A stretch of DNA of 64,000 nucleotides from an uncultured SAR86 cluster bacterium (GTDB lineage Bacteria > Pseudomonadota > Gammaproteobacteria > Magnimaribacterales > AG-339-G14): positions 3,716 to 67,715 of the forward strand of contig CABZRA010000003.1 in NCBI GenBank assembly GCA_902527995.1. The letters are read 5' to 3'. Below, one piece after another: positions 1-8,237 of this stretch. Numbering within the stretch: position 1 is the stretch's first letter; the number at the start of each line of letters is the position of its first letter. The position numbers were made by a program, and so were the translations under genes. Below the pieces are notes generated by a model. That model searched no databases. It worked only from the letters and a program-made list of their open reading frames with translations, and had not been told where the DNA came from.

Positions 1-327
1 CCAAAATTTTAAAACTGATCCGTCTCTTCTAAAAACTCCTTGGCGAGCGCCACCCTGTCTTTCACCATTGTTAAAACCTATGCCTCTTCCTGAAAAATGT
101 CCTTGGTTACCAAGCGCTTGATTGATTACCACATTATAAGTCAGGAAAACTTTTCCATACCTTCCAGCTTCAGACGAAACATTTATCACTCCGCCTTCTT
201 TCGTTAAATTAATAGAAGTTATTGTTCCAGACAATTTAAAAGACTCTCCGCTAGGTTCATGGGTAAGAACATGCATTGAAATGGATAAAGTGAAAGTTGC
301 AATGATAAAAAATTTAATAAATTTCAT
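1..327 (-). CDS. hypothetical exported protein, first 109 codons (ORF runs off the left window edge)
   Basis: My own reverse-strand translation. ATG at 325-327 is preceded by GGAGAA (331-336). MKFIKFFIIATFTLSISMHVL... has a signal-like hydrophobic N-terminus, and the frame is open to position 1. It is absent from the ORF track, presumably because there is no stop in the window. It lies 8 nt downstream of the 336..719 gene on the same strand. Confidence 0.5.
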   Translation of the reverse strand, partial: MKFIKFFIIATFTLSISMHVLTHEPSGESFKLSGTITSINLTKEGGVINVSSEAGRYGKVFLTYNVVINQALGNQGHFSGRGIGFNNGERQGGARQGVFRRDGSVLKFW

Positions 328-335
328 AATTTCTC

Positions 336-719
336 CTAAGTTTTGTTAATTTTTTTTATAAAAAAGAATCCGAATATTGCAAAAATAAATTCTAAAAGCA
401 TGTAAAGAATAAATGCAGGATAAGGAATACCGTCAATTAATAAGCTTAACATCCTTCCTAAGCCAATCCCTGTCATAAAGATTGTTAAACTCCACATTGC
501 GGGTAAAAGCAGTGATTTTTTAAATGCACCAATCACCCAAAAAATATTCAAAGCAATATACAAACCCATAATGGCTCGAAAAATATTAGATAGATTTACA
601 TTGTTGACTTCGATATCGTAAAGATAAGCTAAAGTAACCTGTGGATTTACTCCGTATGTTAAAGCAACAGGAAATACCCCTGCAGCTACAAAAATTAGAA
701 AAAAAGATTCACTCTTCAT
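336..719 (-). CDS. small integral membrane protein (about 4 hydrophobic helices; possibly DUF4345-like)
   Basis: 127 aa, almost entirely hydrophobic segments (FLIFVAAGVFPVAL, IMGLYIALNIFWVIGAF, MWSLTIFMTGIGLG, ILYMLLEFIFAIFGFFFI). The family name comes from memory only. Confidence 0.55.
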   Translation of the reverse strand: MKSESFFLIFVAAGVFPVALTYGVNPQVTLAYLYDIEVNNVNLSNIFRAIMGLYIALNIFWVIGAFKKSLLLPAMWSLTIFMTGIGLGRMLSLLIDGIPYPAFILYMLLEFIFAIFGFFFIKKINKT

Positions 720-860
720 AAAACTTCTCCAATGATAATGTATTTTAAAAAAGCAAAGGATTATTTTTTTAAGATAAAAAATTGAATATTAATAAAAAAA
801 CTATTCACAACGATGATGATTTTTCGTTAACATAAAAATTCATTTAACTAAGGAGAGATT

Positions 861-1238
861 ATGAAAAAAATAATATTAGTATTTACTCTATTAGCTTCTT
901 CAACTTTGTTTGCAGGGCCAGTAGTTGAAATATATGAATGCGAATTGAATGAAGGAAAGTCTTATGACGATCTGTCATCAATGATGGATACCTTTTCAGG
1001 ATATCTAGAAAAAGCTGGTCTTGAAGACACTTACACCGCTCACGTAGGATTTCAACAAATTCCTGTCAAAGCAGGATCAGTAAATTGGATTGGAATTTCA
1101 CCATCAGCTGAAGATTTTGGGAAGGCTATTGAATGGTTTACCTCTTCAGAAGATGGAAGAACTTTTGGAGCTTTGTATGAATCGGTCTACAGTTGTGAAA
1201 ACTCTTTTATGACTTATATTACAGCTTCATCTAAATAA
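861..1238 (+). CDS. exported hypothetical protein, single Cys-pair domain
   Basis: AAGGAGAG Shine-Dalgarno just upstream. Signal peptide MKKIILVFTLLASSTLFAG. The mature part (about 105 aa) has two Cys (YECEL, YSCEN). It shares a motif with both halves of the next ORF. Confidence 0.65.
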   Translation: MKKIILVFTLLASSTLFAGPVVEIYECELNEGKSYDDLSSMMDTFSGYLEKAGLEDTYTAHVGFQQIPVKAGSVNWIGISPSAEDFGKAIEWFTSSEDGRTFGALYESVYSCENSFMTYITASSK

Positions 1239-1285
1239 TAAATTATAGTAAATTAATATAAGTTTTAAATTTCTAAGGAGAGTAT

Positions 1286-1984
1286 ATGAAAAAAATAACT
1301 TTTTTAATTGCAATATTATTTACATCTCATTCATTTACGGCTGATGGACCCTTTTTAGGATTATTCGGGATTAAAACCGAAAATCCAGCGGGCGTAGTAG
1401 CAGCAAGTGACGCTCTTAGAGAGGATTGTGGAACTCCCGAAGGTGTAACTACAACTCTTGTTGCAGAAGCGTTGAATGGTTCTGATCCAACAACACATAC
1501 TTATCTTGTTGGATTCCCAAACAATGCTGCTTACGTAGAGTGGAACAATCAAATTGCCTCATGCGCAGGTTGGGCGAAATATTTTGAAGCTATGAATCCT
1601 ATTTCTGACCAAACAGTTCAGGCATTAGCTTTTCCTTTAGCTGGCGGTGGAGATGCAAGTAAGGATACAGTTTTTGTAAACTTTTTTGCTAATGTATCAA
1701 GACCTGATAAATTTCTTCCTGCTTATAATGACTTGATGGAAGTTGCTTCTACCGATGGAACTTGTCCTAGTTCTTGGGGACTGTTTGCTTTTGGGCCTGG
1801 TGTCACACCCGATGAATATGGAACCCACGTTGCTTACTGTGGATATCCAGATCTCGCTACCTACATGGAAGTTGCTCAAATAAGAGTTCCTTCAAAAGCT
1901 TTTCAAAGATTTCTAAGAAAGACTTTCAGAATTTCTGAAAACAAAGGTGTTACTAGTAACGCAGTAGTTAAAAGGTACGAATAA
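1286..1984 (+). CDS. exported hypothetical protein, tandem duplication of the Cys-pair domain
   Basis: AAGGAGAG Shine-Dalgarno. Signal peptide MKKITFLIAILFTSHSFTA. There are two internal repeats, each with two Cys and a TH-x4-G(F/Y)P(N/D)-x-A-x-Y-x-E motif (THTYLVGFPNNAAYVEW and THVAYCGYPDLATYMEV). Confidence 0.65.
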   Translation: MKKITFLIAILFTSHSFTADGPFLGLFGIKTENPAGVVAASDALREDCGTPEGVTTTLVAEALNGSDPTTHTYLVGFPNNAAYVEWNNQIASCAGWAKYFEAMNPISDQTVQALAFPLAGGGDASKDTVFVNFFANVSRPDKFLPAYNDLMEVASTDGTCPSSWGLFAFGPGVTPDEYGTHVAYCGYPDLATYMEVAQIRVPSKAFQRFLRKTFRISENKGVTSNAVVKRYE

Positions 1985-2003
1985 ATTTTCTGTCTAAAAA
2001 AAA

Positions 2004-2029
2004 GGGTTGCTTTATGCAACCCTTTTTTT
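2004..2029 (+). terminator. rho-independent terminator after the 1286..1984 gene
   Basis: GGGTTGC (2004-2010), loop TTTAT, GCAACCC (2016-2022), then a T7 run (2023-2029). Confidence 0.8.
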
Positions 2030-2072
2030 GAAGCTCCTTTATCTAATCGTTTTTTAGTAATATTGATCACAC

Positions 2073-2106
2073 AAAAAAACCCAACTTAAAAGCTGGGTTT
2101 TTTTTG
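2073..2106 (-). terminator. rho-independent terminator of metY (probably bidirectional)
   Basis: The minus-strand RNA reads AACCCAGC-UUUUAA-GUUGGGUU followed by UUUUU. The plus strand forms the same hairpin with one mismatch, followed by a T run. It lies 10 nt downstream of the metY stop. Confidence 0.75.
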
Positions 2107-2116
2107 TTAGGATAAA

Positions 2117-3415
2117 TTACCCCGCCTTGTCTAACGCCTGAGAAATATCAGCGATTATATCGTCCACGTGTTCAATTCCAATAGATAACCTAACATATCC
2201 AGGAGTAACTCCAGCAGATAATTGTTCTTCAGGGGATAATTGACTGTGTGTAGTAGTAGCAGGATGTATAGCTAAAGACCTTGCATCACCGATGTTAGCG
2301 ACGTGATATAGAAGCTCCAAGGAATCAATAAACTTACTTCCAGCCTCTTTACCACCTGGTAACTCAAAACCTATAAGAGCTCCGTAACCACCAGTCATGT
2401 ACTTATCGGCTTTTTCTCTGGAAGCGCCTTCAGTAATGCCTGGGTAAGTAACAGCTTGTACTCTGTTGTCTTTATCTAAAAACTCTGCAACAGCTTGCGC
2501 GTTTTTGGCATGTTCTCTCATTCTTAGAGGAAGAGTTTCCAAACCTTGAATAAAATGAAATGCGCTTTGCGGACTCATAGCCCCTCCTAAATCCCTTAGA
2601 AGTGTAGTTCTGAGCTTCATGATATAAGCAATTGGTCCCATAGGTTTAATAGCTTCATCCCACACAATACCGTTATAGCAAGGATCTGGGGTATTCATGG
2701 CTGGTTGTCTATCCGCACCAGCTTCTCCCCAATCGAAATTACCGCCATCTATAATAGCGCCACCAATAGTCGTTCCATGCCCACCGATATATTTAGTCGT
2801 TGAGTAGGTAATCACAGCAGCACCATGGTCAAAAGGACGACATAGTATAGGCGCAGCAGTATTATCAACGATCAAAGGAATACCGTGCTTTCTGCCAATC
2901 TCAGCAATTTCACCGATTGGAAAAACTTCTAATTTTGGATTGGGAAGTGTTTCACCGAAATAAGCTCTAGTTCTCTCGTCAGTAGCTTTTTCAAAATTTG
3001 ATGGATCAGTTGGATCGACAAACCTAACTTCTATTCCCATCTCTCTCAAATTATTTTTAAACTGGTTATAAGTTCCGCCATATAAGTGAGAAGAAGAAAC
3101 TATATTGTCACCAACCCTAGCTAAATTTTGAATCGAATAAGCCGAAGCTGTCTGACCAGATGCAACCGCTAATCCAGCAGCTCCGCCGTCTAATGCAGCT
3201 AATCTCTCTTCCAAAACTGCTGTAGTAGGATTCATTATTCTTGTATAAATATTTCCTAATTCAGCTAACGCAAATAAACTTGCCGCGTGCTCAGTATTAT
3301 TAAATTGAAAACTTGTAGTTTGGTGAATTGGAACCGCAACGGACCCAGTTGTTTCGTCAGATCTCCATCCAGTGTGAAGAGCTATTGTTTCTACATTTTT
3401 ACCTTCATATGCCAT
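2117..3415 (-). CDS. metY: O-acetylhomoserine (thiol)-lyase / O-acetylhomoserine sulfhydrylase, PLP-dependent
   Basis: 432 aa. PLP-lysine region YSTTKYIGGHGTTIGG, N-terminal HTGWRSDETTGSVAVPIHQTTSF, and C-terminal ATTTHSQL...VRLSIGIE are typical of the Cys/Met-metabolism PLP family, MetY type. Confidence 0.9.
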   Translation of the reverse strand: MAYEGKNVETIALHTGWRSDETTGSVAVPIHQTTSFQFNNTEHAASLFALAELGNIYTRIMNPTTAVLEERLAALDGGAAGLAVASGQTASAYSIQNLARVGDNIVSSSHLYGGTYNQFKNNLREMGIEVRFVDPTDPSNFEKATDERTRAYFGETLPNPKLEVFPIGEIAEIGRKHGIPLIVDNTAAPILCRPFDHGAAVITYSTTKYIGGHGTTIGGAIIDGGNFDWGEAGADRQPAMNTPDPCYNGIVWDEAIKPMGPIAYIMKLRTTLLRDLGGAMSPQSAFHFIQGLETLPLRMREHAKNAQAVAEFLDKDNRVQAVTYPGITEGASREKADKYMTGGYGALIGFELPGGKEAGSKFIDSLELLYHVANIGDARSLAIHPATTTHSQLSPEEQLSAGVTPGYVRLSIGIEHVDDIIADISQALDKAG

Positions 3416-3428
3416 ATTATTTCTCCAT

Positions 3429-3520
3429 AAAAAAAACCTGCTTGCGTTTGCTAAACAGGTCTAAAAATTCTTGTTTAGCAATCTTATATAGCGTTTGCAA
3501 GTGGGATTAAATCAACGCTT
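3429..3520 (-). promoter_or_regulatory. metY 5' leader with terminator/antiterminator alternative helices (candidate riboswitch or attenuator)
   Basis: On the minus-strand RNA there is an upstream 6-bp helix AGCGUU/AACGCU (3519-3514 with 3495-3490). A 10-bp helix UUGCUAAACA/UGUUUAGCAA follows (3481-3472 with 3457-3448). Next comes an 8-bp hairpin ACCUGUUU/AAGCAGGU (3460-3453 with 3443-3436) followed by U8 (3436-3429), immediately before GGAGAA and the ATG. The 10-bp helix and the terminator share the UGUUU segment, so they are mutually exclusive. Confidence 0.5.
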
Positions 3521-3564
3521 CAGGCATATATAATCAAAATAATCTATAATTATCAACCCTAATT

Positions 3565-4425
3565 ATGAAAAATTACGAACAAATTGAAATAAATATTAAG
3601 AATAAGGTTTTTATTATTACTCTTTCTAGACCTGAAAAGTTAAATGCTTTCACTGGGATTATGATGAGAGAAATAATTGATGCTGTTGATCAAGCAGAAG
3701 AAAATGATGATATTAGAGCAATAGTTTTTACCGGTAAGGGAAATAAATATTGTGCTGGAGCAGATTTATCTACAGGAGAAGATTCATTTAATTGGACTGA
3801 TAAAAAAAAAGAAACTAAAAGAACCGTTAGAGACGCTGGCGGTGTTCTAACTCTGAGGCTATTTAAATCTACTAAGCCAATTATTGGAGCCATTAATGGT
3901 GATGCAGTTGGCATTGGTGCAACCATGCTGCTTCCAATGGATGTCAGAATTGCAAGTGAAAATTCGAGGTTTGGTTTTGTATTTGCTAAACGCGGAATAG
4001 TTCCTGAGGCCGCATCTAGTTGGTTTTTACCAAGATTAATTGGCATCGATAATGCCTTAAAGCTTTGTTATTCAGCAAATGTAATCGATGCGAAAACAGC
4101 AAAAGAAATAAACCTGATATCTGAGATAACTTCTCAAGACAATTTAATCTCTCGAGCTCTGCAAATATGCGATGAGTTTACCAAAGAGACTTCGTCAATT
4201 TCTATTGCGCTTACACGACAGATGCTTTGGCGAATGATGGGAGCTGATCACCCAATGGAGGCCCATAAAATTGACTCTAGAGCAGTCTATGCATTAGGCA
4301 AATCAGGAGAAGCAGTTGAAGGAATTAAATCCTTCTTTGAAAAAAGACCGCCGAAGTTTCCTGGAAAATTAACAGAAGATATGCCAGATTTTTATCCTTG
4401 GTGGGATGAAAAGATATTCGAATAA
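3565..4425 (+). CDS. enoyl-CoA hydratase/isomerase (crotonase) family protein
   Basis: 286 aa. Crotonase signatures RPEKLNAF, AIVFTGKGNKYCAGADL, IGAINGDAVGIGATMLLPMDVRIA. Confidence 0.85.
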   Translation: MKNYEQIEINIKNKVFIITLSRPEKLNAFTGIMMREIIDAVDQAEENDDIRAIVFTGKGNKYCAGADLSTGEDSFNWTDKKKETKRTVRDAGGVLTLRLFKSTKPIIGAINGDAVGIGATMLLPMDVRIASENSRFGFVFAKRGIVPEAASSWFLPRLIGIDNALKLCYSANVIDAKTAKEINLISEITSQDNLISRALQICDEFTKETSSISIALTRQMLWRMMGADHPMEAHKIDSRAVYALGKSGEAVEGIKSFFEKRPPKFPGKLTEDMPDFYPWWDEKIFE

Positions 4426-4427
4426 AA

Positions 4428-5966
4428 ATGTCCTGGAAGAAAGAGATAAAAGAGATTTCTTTGAGAAAGAAGTTAGCCTTAAGTCAAGGTGGAAAAGAAG
4501 CCATAGATATCCAACATGCAAAGGGTAGGTTAACTCTCCGTGAGAGAATTGATTTAATTTTAGATAAGAATAGCTTCGAAGAAGTTGGAAAGATCTCTGG
4601 CGGAATAGAACATAAGGAAGATGGATCAATCGATTCATTTACTCCGGCTAATTTTATTCTTGGCTTTGGTGAGATAAACAAAAGGAAAATTGTGATCGGT
4701 GGTGAGGACTTTACCGTTAAAGGCGGCTCTCCTAATGCAGCTGGCAACAGGAAAAGTGTTTATACAGAAGAATTAGCTGTCCAATACAAATTTCCTTTAA
4801 TCAGATTACATGAAGGTGGAGGCGGATCAGTTGCTGGACCTTCAAAAGAAAAAAAAGGGTACGGAGGAGATCCGGTGTTTTCGAAGTCTCGGTTCAAAGC
4901 AGTGGCAACTAGTCTAAAAACTATTCCTGTAATAAGTGCGGCTTTGGGACCTGTTGCTGGTCTACCCGCTTCTAGATTTGTTGCTTCGCATTTTAGAATA
5001 ATGACTAAAAAAACCGCTCAAATATTAGTTGCTGGTCCTGCTGTAGTCTCAAGAGCTTTTGGAAAAGATTTTACAAAAGAAGAATTAGGCGGTTCTGATG
5101 TTCATAAAATTAATGGAGTTGTAGATAACGTTGCTGATAACGAAATGGACGCTTTTGAACAGATTAAAAAGTTTCTTTCGTTTATGCCACAAAATATTTA
5201 CGAAACTACAGATCGAAGAGATTGTGATGATCCAATTGATAGGATTGACGAAAAATTAGAATCGATTGTTCCGAAAGACAGAAAGAAAACTTACGAAATG
5301 AGAGAGATCATAAAATCTATTTCTGATAACAATGATTTTTTTGAAATGACTAATTTTTATGGTCGTGGAATTATTACTGGTTTTATTAGACTAAATGGAT
5401 ACTCAGCTGGTGTTTTTGCAAACGATAGCAATTTTTATGCGGGCTCTATGACCGCTGATAATGCAATAAAAACATCAAGATTTATTAAACTTTGCGATCA
5501 ATTTAATATTCCCATTATTTCATTGGTTGATGAACCAGGATTTTTGATTGGCCCAGAAGCCGAAAAAGACGCAACAATTTTACATGGAACTGAAGCTGTT
5601 TTGTCTGCTGTTGATTCCTCAGTGCCTTGGTGTTCTGTTCTTATAAGAAAATCATTTGGAGTTGGTTCAGCAGCTCATTTTGGACCTGAAAGTTATGTCC
5701 TTGCGTGGCCATCTTCTGAAGCTGGCCCCCTTCCATTAGAGGGAGGAATAGCTATAGCTTTTGGTAAGGAAATTGCACAAGCTGATAATCCTGAAGAAAA
5801 ACGAAAAGAAATTGAGGAGAAACTATCAAAATCTCAAAGTCCGTTTCCTAGAGCTGAAGCATTTTCTGTTCATGAAATTATTGACCCGAAAGAAACAAGA
5901 AAGTATCTTTGTTCTTGGATTGATAAAGTCCAAACTAGTTTATTAACAAATATTCAAAATCCTTAG
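4428..5966 (+). CDS. acyl-CoA carboxylase carboxyltransferase (beta) subunit family protein
   Basis: 512 aa. PccB/MccB-like N-terminus (QHAKGRLTLRERIDLILDKNSFEEVG) and two crotonase-like CT halves (GGEDFTVKGGS, PIISLVDEPGFLIG). The start is 2 nt after the crotonase stop. Confidence 0.8.
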   Translation: MSWKKEIKEISLRKKLALSQGGKEAIDIQHAKGRLTLRERIDLILDKNSFEEVGKISGGIEHKEDGSIDSFTPANFILGFGEINKRKIVIGGEDFTVKGGSPNAAGNRKSVYTEELAVQYKFPLIRLHEGGGGSVAGPSKEKKGYGGDPVFSKSRFKAVATSLKTIPVISAALGPVAGLPASRFVASHFRIMTKKTAQILVAGPAVVSRAFGKDFTKEELGGSDVHKINGVVDNVADNEMDAFEQIKKFLSFMPQNIYETTDRRDCDDPIDRIDEKLESIVPKDRKKTYEMREIIKSISDNNDFFEMTNFYGRGIITGFIRLNGYSAGVFANDSNFYAGSMTADNAIKTSRFIKLCDQFNIPIISLVDEPGFLIGPEAEKDATILHGTEAVLSAVDSSVPWCSVLIRKSFGVGSAAHFGPESYVLAWPSSEAGPLPLEGGIAIAFGKEIAQADNPEEKRKEIEEKLSKSQSPFPRAEAFSVHEIIDPKETRKYLCSWIDKVQTSLLTNIQNP

Positions 5967-5974
5967 AGGTAACG

Positions 5975-7414
5975 ATGAAAAACTACGAAAAATTTTATAT
6001 AAATGGAGAATGGGTTGACCCCATAGACGGTTTAAATCTTCTTGATGTCATAAACCCAACCACAGAGGAAACTATAGGTAAAATAGCTATGGGTTCGGCA
6101 AAAGATGTTGATGCTGCTGTGAAGGCTGCACAAGAAGCTTTTATTTCCTTTAGTCAAACTTCCACTGAAGAACGATTAAAACTTTTGGAGAAAATATGTT
6201 CTTTATACATGGAAAGATCTGATGAAATTGCTGAAGCTATTTCAAAAGAAATGGGAGCGCCGATTAACCTATCAAAAAATGCTCAAGCTGCTTCTGGTTT
6301 AGGTCATCTAGCGACAGCAACTGCAACATTAAAAAATTACAAATTCGAAGAAATGTCAGGCTCAACCTTGATTCGTAAAGAACCTATCGGTGTTGTAGGT
6401 ATGATCACCCCATGGAACTGGCCTATGAATCAAATCACTTGTAAGGTCGGCCCTGCGCTAGCTGCAGGATGCACAATGGTTTTAAAACCAACTGAAATAG
6501 CTCCAATGAACGCTTTACTCCTAGCAGAAATTCTCCATGATGCTGGTGTTCCTAAAGGAGTATTTAATCTAGTTAATGGTGATGGACCAACTGTTGGAGA
6601 AGCAATGTCTTCCCATCCTGGGATCGACATGATGTCTTTCACTGGTTCTACTAGAGCAGGTATAGCTGTTGCAAAAGGTTCAGCCGATACCGTGAAGAGA
6701 GTTCATCAGGAATTAGGTGGTAAATCTGCAAATATCATTTTAGACGATGCTGATTTTTATGAAGCAGTAAAACGTGGAACAAAACATATGTTTAACAATA
6801 CTGGGCAATCTTGTAATGCTCCCTCAAGAATGTTGGTTCCACAATCAAGACAAGATGAAGCAAAAGAAGCAGCTAAAGAAGTTGCTGAGAAAACTGTTGT
6901 TGGAGATCCTTCTTCTGAGTCAACAACAATGGGTCCAGTCGTAAGCGATCTTCAATACAATAAAATACAGGGACTTATAGAAAAGGGTATCGAAGAAGGT
7001 GCTGAATTGGTTGTAGGAGGACCAGGAAAACCCGATGATCTTAATCAAGGTTACTTTGTAAAACCAACCGTTTTCGCTAATGTTTCGAATGATATGACCA
7101 TTGCAAGAGAAGAAATATTTGGACCAGTTCTTTGCATATTGCCCTATGAAGACGAAGATGATGCAGTCAGAATTGCAAACGATACTCTTTATGGACTTTC
7201 TGGTTATGTTTCATCTGCAGATCCTGATCACGCTTTAGATGTAGCAAGGAAAATTAGAAGTGGAAATGTCCACATTAATAATGCTCCAACTGGCATAAAT
7301 GATCCTTTTGGTGGATTTAAGCAATCAGGAAATGGAAGAGAATGGGGAATTTTTGGTTTCGAAGAGTTTTTAGAAATCAAAGCTGTGATGGGATACGCTC
7401 AAGCAAAAAAATAG
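5975..7414 (+). CDS. NAD(P)-dependent aldehyde dehydrogenase
   Basis: 479 aa. ITPWNWP, catalytic Glu motif ELGGKSANII, catalytic Cys motif FNNTGQSCNAPSR, and C-terminal PFGGFKQSGNGRE. Confidence 0.9.
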   Translation: MKNYEKFYINGEWVDPIDGLNLLDVINPTTEETIGKIAMGSAKDVDAAVKAAQEAFISFSQTSTEERLKLLEKICSLYMERSDEIAEAISKEMGAPINLSKNAQAASGLGHLATATATLKNYKFEEMSGSTLIRKEPIGVVGMITPWNWPMNQITCKVGPALAAGCTMVLKPTEIAPMNALLLAEILHDAGVPKGVFNLVNGDGPTVGEAMSSHPGIDMMSFTGSTRAGIAVAKGSADTVKRVHQELGGKSANIILDDADFYEAVKRGTKHMFNNTGQSCNAPSRMLVPQSRQDEAKEAAKEVAEKTVVGDPSSESTTMGPVVSDLQYNKIQGLIEKGIEEGAELVVGGPGKPDDLNQGYFVKPTVFANVSNDMTIAREEIFGPVLCILPYEDEDDAVRIANDTLYGLSGYVSSADPDHALDVARKIRSGNVHINNAPTGINDPFGGFKQSGNGREWGIFGFEEFLEIKAVMGYAQAKK

Positions 7415-7421
7415 GTTCTTA

Positions 7422-8237
7422 ATGTGCCAAAGCAATAAAGTTTCTACGCTTTGGCTTCGAGGAAGACTAAGAAATATTGACCATGTCTGTTTGGCATCTA
7501 TGGTCGCAAATGACTTAGATGTAACCTTATTTCATTATGATGAAATATCTAATGTGCCGAGCGGAGTGAATCTGGCTGATGCTAGAGAAATTCTTGATTT
7601 ATCATTATTAGATAGACTTCAATGTATAAAAAAGAAAGAAAACAATCCGCATATACCTATAGCTCAATTCAGCGATTTTTTTAGAATCTTTTTACAAAAA
7701 AAAGGAAAAGGCTTATGGCTAGACACAGATGTTTTTGTTTTTCGTCCTTTTACATACGATTCTAAAAAATCTTTTTTTTGTCATGAGGGTAAAGGCAGAA
7801 TTGGTTACCCAGTTCTTTACTTACCAAGTAACCACATAATAATAAAGGAATACGAAGAATTATTAGAAGGAGATTCTTTAATGCCGAACTGGTTAGGATT
7901 TATTAGAGGTAATCTTCGCCCTTTTTTATGGAAGCTTCTAGGTCAGGAATTTTCTCCATCTGATTTAGGTATAACCATTTATGGTAATGATGGTTTTTCT
8001 AGATTGGCAAAAAGACATGGTTGTTTTCATGAAGCTTTAATTAAAGATATGTTTTTTAAGTGGACCGGTAAAGAAACAGACAAATTATTTCAAGAATACG
8101 ATTTCAATAACTTTTTAGTAGACAAAAAATATTTAGGGATACATATTCATAGGAAACATTGGGAAAAATATCCAGTTACTCCAAAAAGTTTTTGGGAATG
8201 GGCTTTAAAAAAATATGGACAGAATATTGATGGCTAA
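7422..8237 (+). CDS. DXD-motif glycosyltransferase (Gly_transf_sug / capsular-polysaccharide-synthesis-like)
   Basis: 271 aa. FSDFFRIFLQKKGKGLWLDTDVFVFRPF matches the SD-x2-R-x-n-GG-x-(Y/W)-x-D-x-D sugar-binding region as I remember it. The remainder is unassigned. Confidence 0.55.
   Translation: MCQSNKVSTLWLRGRLRNIDHVCLASMVANDLDVTLFHYDEISNVPSGVNLADAREILDLSLLDRLQCIKKKENNPHIPIAQFSDFFRIFLQKKGKGLWLDTDVFVFRPFTYDSKKSFFCHEGKGRIGYPVLYLPSNHIIIKEYEELLEGDSLMPNWLGFIRGNLRPFLWKLLGQEFSPSDLGITIYGNDGFSRLAKRHGCFHEALIKDMFFKWTGKETDKLFQEYDFNNFLVDKKYLGIHIHRKHWEKYPVTPKSFWEWALKKYGQNIDG

Noticed and set aside
3416-3564. MetJ-type met boxes (AGACGTCT repeats) in the metY upstream region.
   Set aside because: Only one weak 5/8 match (AGACCTGT) is present and there is no tandem repeat. 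The alternative-helix RNA model explains the region better.
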